From: Trypethelium eluteriae | Lineage: Eukaryota | DNA: 38,116 nt | Reading direction: 5' to 3' | Assembly: GCA_051942245.1 (NCBI GenBank) | Contig: JAVECL010000189.1 | Span: 1 to 38,116 of the forward strand | Shown here: piece after piece, positions 34,649-38,116 of the stretch | Layout: the number at the start of each line of letters is the position of its first letter | Position numbering within the stretch: position 1 is the first letter of the stretch | Program-made: the position numbers and the translations under genes | Notes under the pieces: generated by a model | Told to the model about the DNA's origin: nothing | The model's input: the letters and a program-made list of their open reading frames with translations, nothing else | Databases searched by the model: none

Positions 34649-35465
34649 AGAGCAGTGTATCAATATAAAGAAATTTAGCTTGAATGAGAAGATGGCCTCA
34701 GTGAGGCGGACTTCAGAGCTCACTTGGACATGGCCTATACATTGTACGAACCAAGCTTGAAGCACTGAGCGAGTGATCTAATAGGATGGATGTAATGCAC
34801 CGAGGACTAGGTACTTGGGTCGAATTACACCCGCAAAGACCAACGTATGCCGTCCGTAGTCGTTGCAGCGCAATTGGAACAGAGAGCGTTAGGAGGAAAT
34901 GTCCGGAGATTGAACCTTGCACCTTAAGCGGCAATCAAGCCAGATAAACATCAAAATTGCTGTTGGCATTATCTTCGCACGGTGAACCATTCAGTGGAAT
35001 AAATTTCGCTGTATACATACACGCGGTTGACAAAAAAACCCGCACACCGAGACTGGGGGGGGCCTCGCCAGAAAAGCAGCCACACCTGTAGACTACCTCT
35101 ATAGGGTACAAATTATTATTCGATAATCTCTTGAGTCTAACAGGTGGTGACTGTGTAATGGTAGACAAGCCTAATGTACATATGTGATCTTTTCTGTCCA
35201 CTGCGTATGAAGCACCCCCCAGTTTTGGTGTGCGGCTTTTTCTGTCAACCGCGTGACATAATCGTTGGAGTGAAGAATGACGGAGGCAAATTTCGGGTTG
35301 AAAGATGGAAAGGTCCGACGGACTAGACTAGATTCGGTAAGGGCCACACCCGTTGTCTTTCCGCAAGCCGTCACCCCGTCGTGGCCGTCGTCGGAGCAAT
35401 AACCTCCATCTCATGCAGATCTCTGGGATTCGCACAACTTACGCGGGTTCTTCCAATCTCCTCGC

Positions 35466-36422
35466 ATGCCACTTTGGAGGCCCTCCTTAGGACCAGATGA
35501 CTGGATCCCGTTGCTGCGACAATTTCACTCAAAAGCTGCCAAACCCTTGGTGTCGTTATCTGATGGATCCGTCGAGGTATTTCGAGAGCATGCATTTCGA
35601 CCAGCCGTGCCTGCTATCTTACCAAAGGGGTCTCTTCATAATTTACCCGCCGTAAGTCGTTGGTTTGAGCGTGACCGGGGAAATGGAGAAGTATGGCGAT
35701 TCAACACATCATACCTTTCGCCATTTGGCAAGACCATGGTGCCAGTAGAAGTGACGCAAAGCAACAAGCTGCCATCTGGCGATCTTGAAACGAAGTTCTT
35801 ACAGCAAGAGGCGCACTTGACTGACTTCATCGAATGGTGCGAGATGCAAGCTCCCGGGCCTAACGGCACCGATCAGAGAGACCCAGGAACTATCCGCCTC
35901 TATCTTGCCCAAGCCCCCCTCTCTGATCTTCCGGGTACCTTGAGAAAAGATCTGCCTACTCCTGGAATTGTAGAGTCTGCTGGCCGAGGGGACGTCTACA
36001 ACTCGAATATCTGGATTGGCATGGCACCTACCTACACTCCACTCCACAAGGACCCGAATCCGAATCTGTTTGTTCAGCTTGCAGGACGTAAAGTAGTCCG
36101 TTTGTACGAACCCAGCGTGGGAATGGAAATGTTTCGAGCCGCTCAGATGCGCTCACACGGTACTGCTTCTGCATCGTTTCGAGGTGCCGAGATGATGCAA
36201 GGAGAAGAAAAGAAAGCACTAGAGGATATTGTATGGGGTAACGATGCAGAAAATCCACTTGAAGCGCACCTAAATTCTGGCGACGCAATCTTTATTCCAA
36301 GGGGATGGTGGCATAGCATAAAAGGGGTCGGGAAGGGTCTTACAGCATCGGTAGGTTATGGAAGTACGCTGTCCAACATCGTCATGCTTACGATCTTGTA
36401 GGTGAATTGGTGGTTTCGATAG
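35466..36422 (+). CDS. JmjC (Cupin_8, JMJD5/KDM8-like) 2-oxoglutarate/Fe oxygenase (~301 aa)
   Basis: LYLAQ, NIWIG, TPLHKDPNPNLFVQLAGRK (HxD), GDAIFIPRGWWHS. Intron 36351-36401, then VNWWFR*. Confidence 0.9.
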
Positions 36423-36544
36423 CTTCAGGTGCAGCGCATTTGTATTCATGGGTGCCTCCAGTAGCTTTCAAGGGAGAGGAGATCTAAGCTAGCAATCTGT
36501 CCGTGAGCCGAAACGCTAGTCCAATGTTGAAGTTGAAAGCTGAA

Positions 36545-37036
36545 TCAGAGATGGGCTATGCATTCGATCTCCACGTCAGTACCCATTGGCAACTCTTTGA
36601 CTGCGACGCAAGTCCGAGCCTACGGGGGTTTAGCTATCCTAGATCTTTGAGGAGGTTGGGGCATCACCAACAGGCTGAGGCTCATCAAAGAATCGGCGGT
36701 AGCCGTCGTTCATTGCCTGGAAGTTCTCCATTGTAGTGATATAGACATTCGCCTTAACAACGTTCTTCAAGCTCGAACCAGCCGCCTCAAGTATTGCTGA
36801 TATATTGCGAAGAGCTTGCGCCTGTTCTCTCTTTGTGAGCTTCGCTTTGTATAGCACCGTGGACGTGATACCGTTCTATCAGCGACAGACCCACTCACGA
36901 CGCTCTTAGTCGTGGGATCCATGCCGATATTGCCTGAGCAATAGATCATACCATTGTGCACAATAGCTTGCGAAAGAGGGAATTGTGGGAACGAGGGAGC
37001 TTTGTCTGTAGACACGGCCTTTTTTTGGCTTGACAT
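36545..37036 (-). CDS. RidA/YjgF/YER057c/UK114 family enamine/imine deaminase (~129 aa)
   Basis: PLSQAI...IYCSG, NVVKANVY, PARTCVAVKELPMGTDVEIECIA. Introns 36871-36822 and 36671-36620. Confidence 0.92.
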
Positions 37037-38047
37037 TGTCTGTGTCACTAGCTTATTGTTTTGTTTCCAAGAAATCGTAAATGCGCAATGACGGGACCCA
37101 AAGTGAGTTGCTATTTGTGCTGTTGACAACTTTTTTAGGGTGGGGAGATGCGGAGTCAATACACGGAGCTTACGCCATACGTTAGTTACTGACTCAACGT
37201 GATGAGATTACTCATAGCGAATCATAACGACGAACTCTGTTCATATTATCCAGAGACTGCACAGAGAGATTGTTCCGGCTTCAGGCTCTTGCTGGCAGGG
37301 ACGAGAAACAAAAATATGTTAAGACTGTTGGAGTGGAGGATAGAAGAATGCAAAAGCTCCGAGGAGTCACTGGGGTTTGGCTTTCAGCCAATAAGAGCGC
37401 ACGCTAGTTGCGAACAACAACAATACTTAACGGGATGAATAGCTTCCTCACCCTTTCGTCCCCACAACAATACCAAGAGGCGGATTCAGCCGGACTGCAC
37501 CGACGAGCCTTCTTAATATTGTAACAAGTGGCTATGTAGGAAATAGAAATAGCATATCGCACATGCCGGTCACCATTTAGGATAGTTGGGGCAGCCTTGC
37601 GTGGCACGGGCAACCCCGGTCCCTATTGAGGACCGTTCTCGGTAAGCTTCAGCGACAATAGGAATCCAGCGGTCACCTACAATAACGACTCCACACCCGG
37701 CGCAAGGCTGGTCTGACACACTCGTGTGACTGACTAAACTTCTATTGATGTGTGTTATGCTTTCTCTTTCTCTATTTTTGCAGGCTTCCTTTCTTCGAGT
37801 TCACCTGGCAGGCCTCCGTACTATTGTGTGACTGTATTGCTTCCTCTTCTAAGATACAGTCACACCCCCTTCACCCCCAACCTATAAAATTTAGCCCTCC
37901 TTCGCTCTTAAATTCACTTTTCCACATCACTTTCCGCAACACACTCTTAGTATAAAAAAAATATCTCAAACACCTCATCGCCTCAGACCTCACACTCACT
38001 CTACTTCAACCCACACTCATCCATCAGCACTCCCACCTCTCCTCACA

Positions 38048-38116
38048 ATGGACACCCACACCCAAGACCGCCTAAAAGAGCTCATCGTCGCACTCGCCCG
38101 CAACCCCAACATCCAC
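38048..38116 (+). CDS. Probable start of an unidentified gene (3'-partial)
   Basis: TATAAAA at 37951, CT-rich leader, CACAATGG start context, and frame MDTHTQDRLKELIVALARNPNIH open to the window end. Confidence 0.5.
   Translation, partial: MDTHTQDRLKELIVALARNPNIH

Noticed and set aside
26095..36422. Secondary-metabolite cluster (TF, cupin, SDR, oxygenase)
   Set aside because: No PKS, NRPS or terpene backbone gene is in the window, and the genes are common stand-alone families.

Overview
Intron-containing filamentous ascomycete (Pezizomycotina-type) genomic DNA, judged from short 44-77 nt introns with CTRAC-like branch points and typical fungal gene families. Conserved-looking genes occupy about 1-13.8 kb (HpcH/HpaI aldolase, atypical 14-3-3-like protein, multi-BRCT Rtt107/Brc1-like protein, peroxisomal alpha/beta hydrolase, NAT1). 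A second set occupies about 26-38 kb (RTA1, Zn2Cys6 TF, Cys-rich membrane protein, cupin, SDR, JmjC, RidA). Between them (about 14.2-25 kb) lies an accessory-looking island with four notable elements. (1) An intact gene for a helical N-terminal domain plus pseudokinase, with MLKL-like HKN/GFE motif substitutions. (2) A divergently oriented tandem kinase-pseudokinase gene carrying two in-frame stops. (3) A ~0.9 kb non-coding foldback element between them, with TIRs, flanking TCCTAGA direct repeats and two inverted 19-bp minisatellite arrays. (4) A secreted protein with motifs I associate with bacterial beta-propeller-like proteins. The best novelty candidate is a possible fungal kinase plus MLKL-like cell-death module, which is an inference. 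Gene models were spliced by eye and family calls come from motif recognition; no database searches were run.
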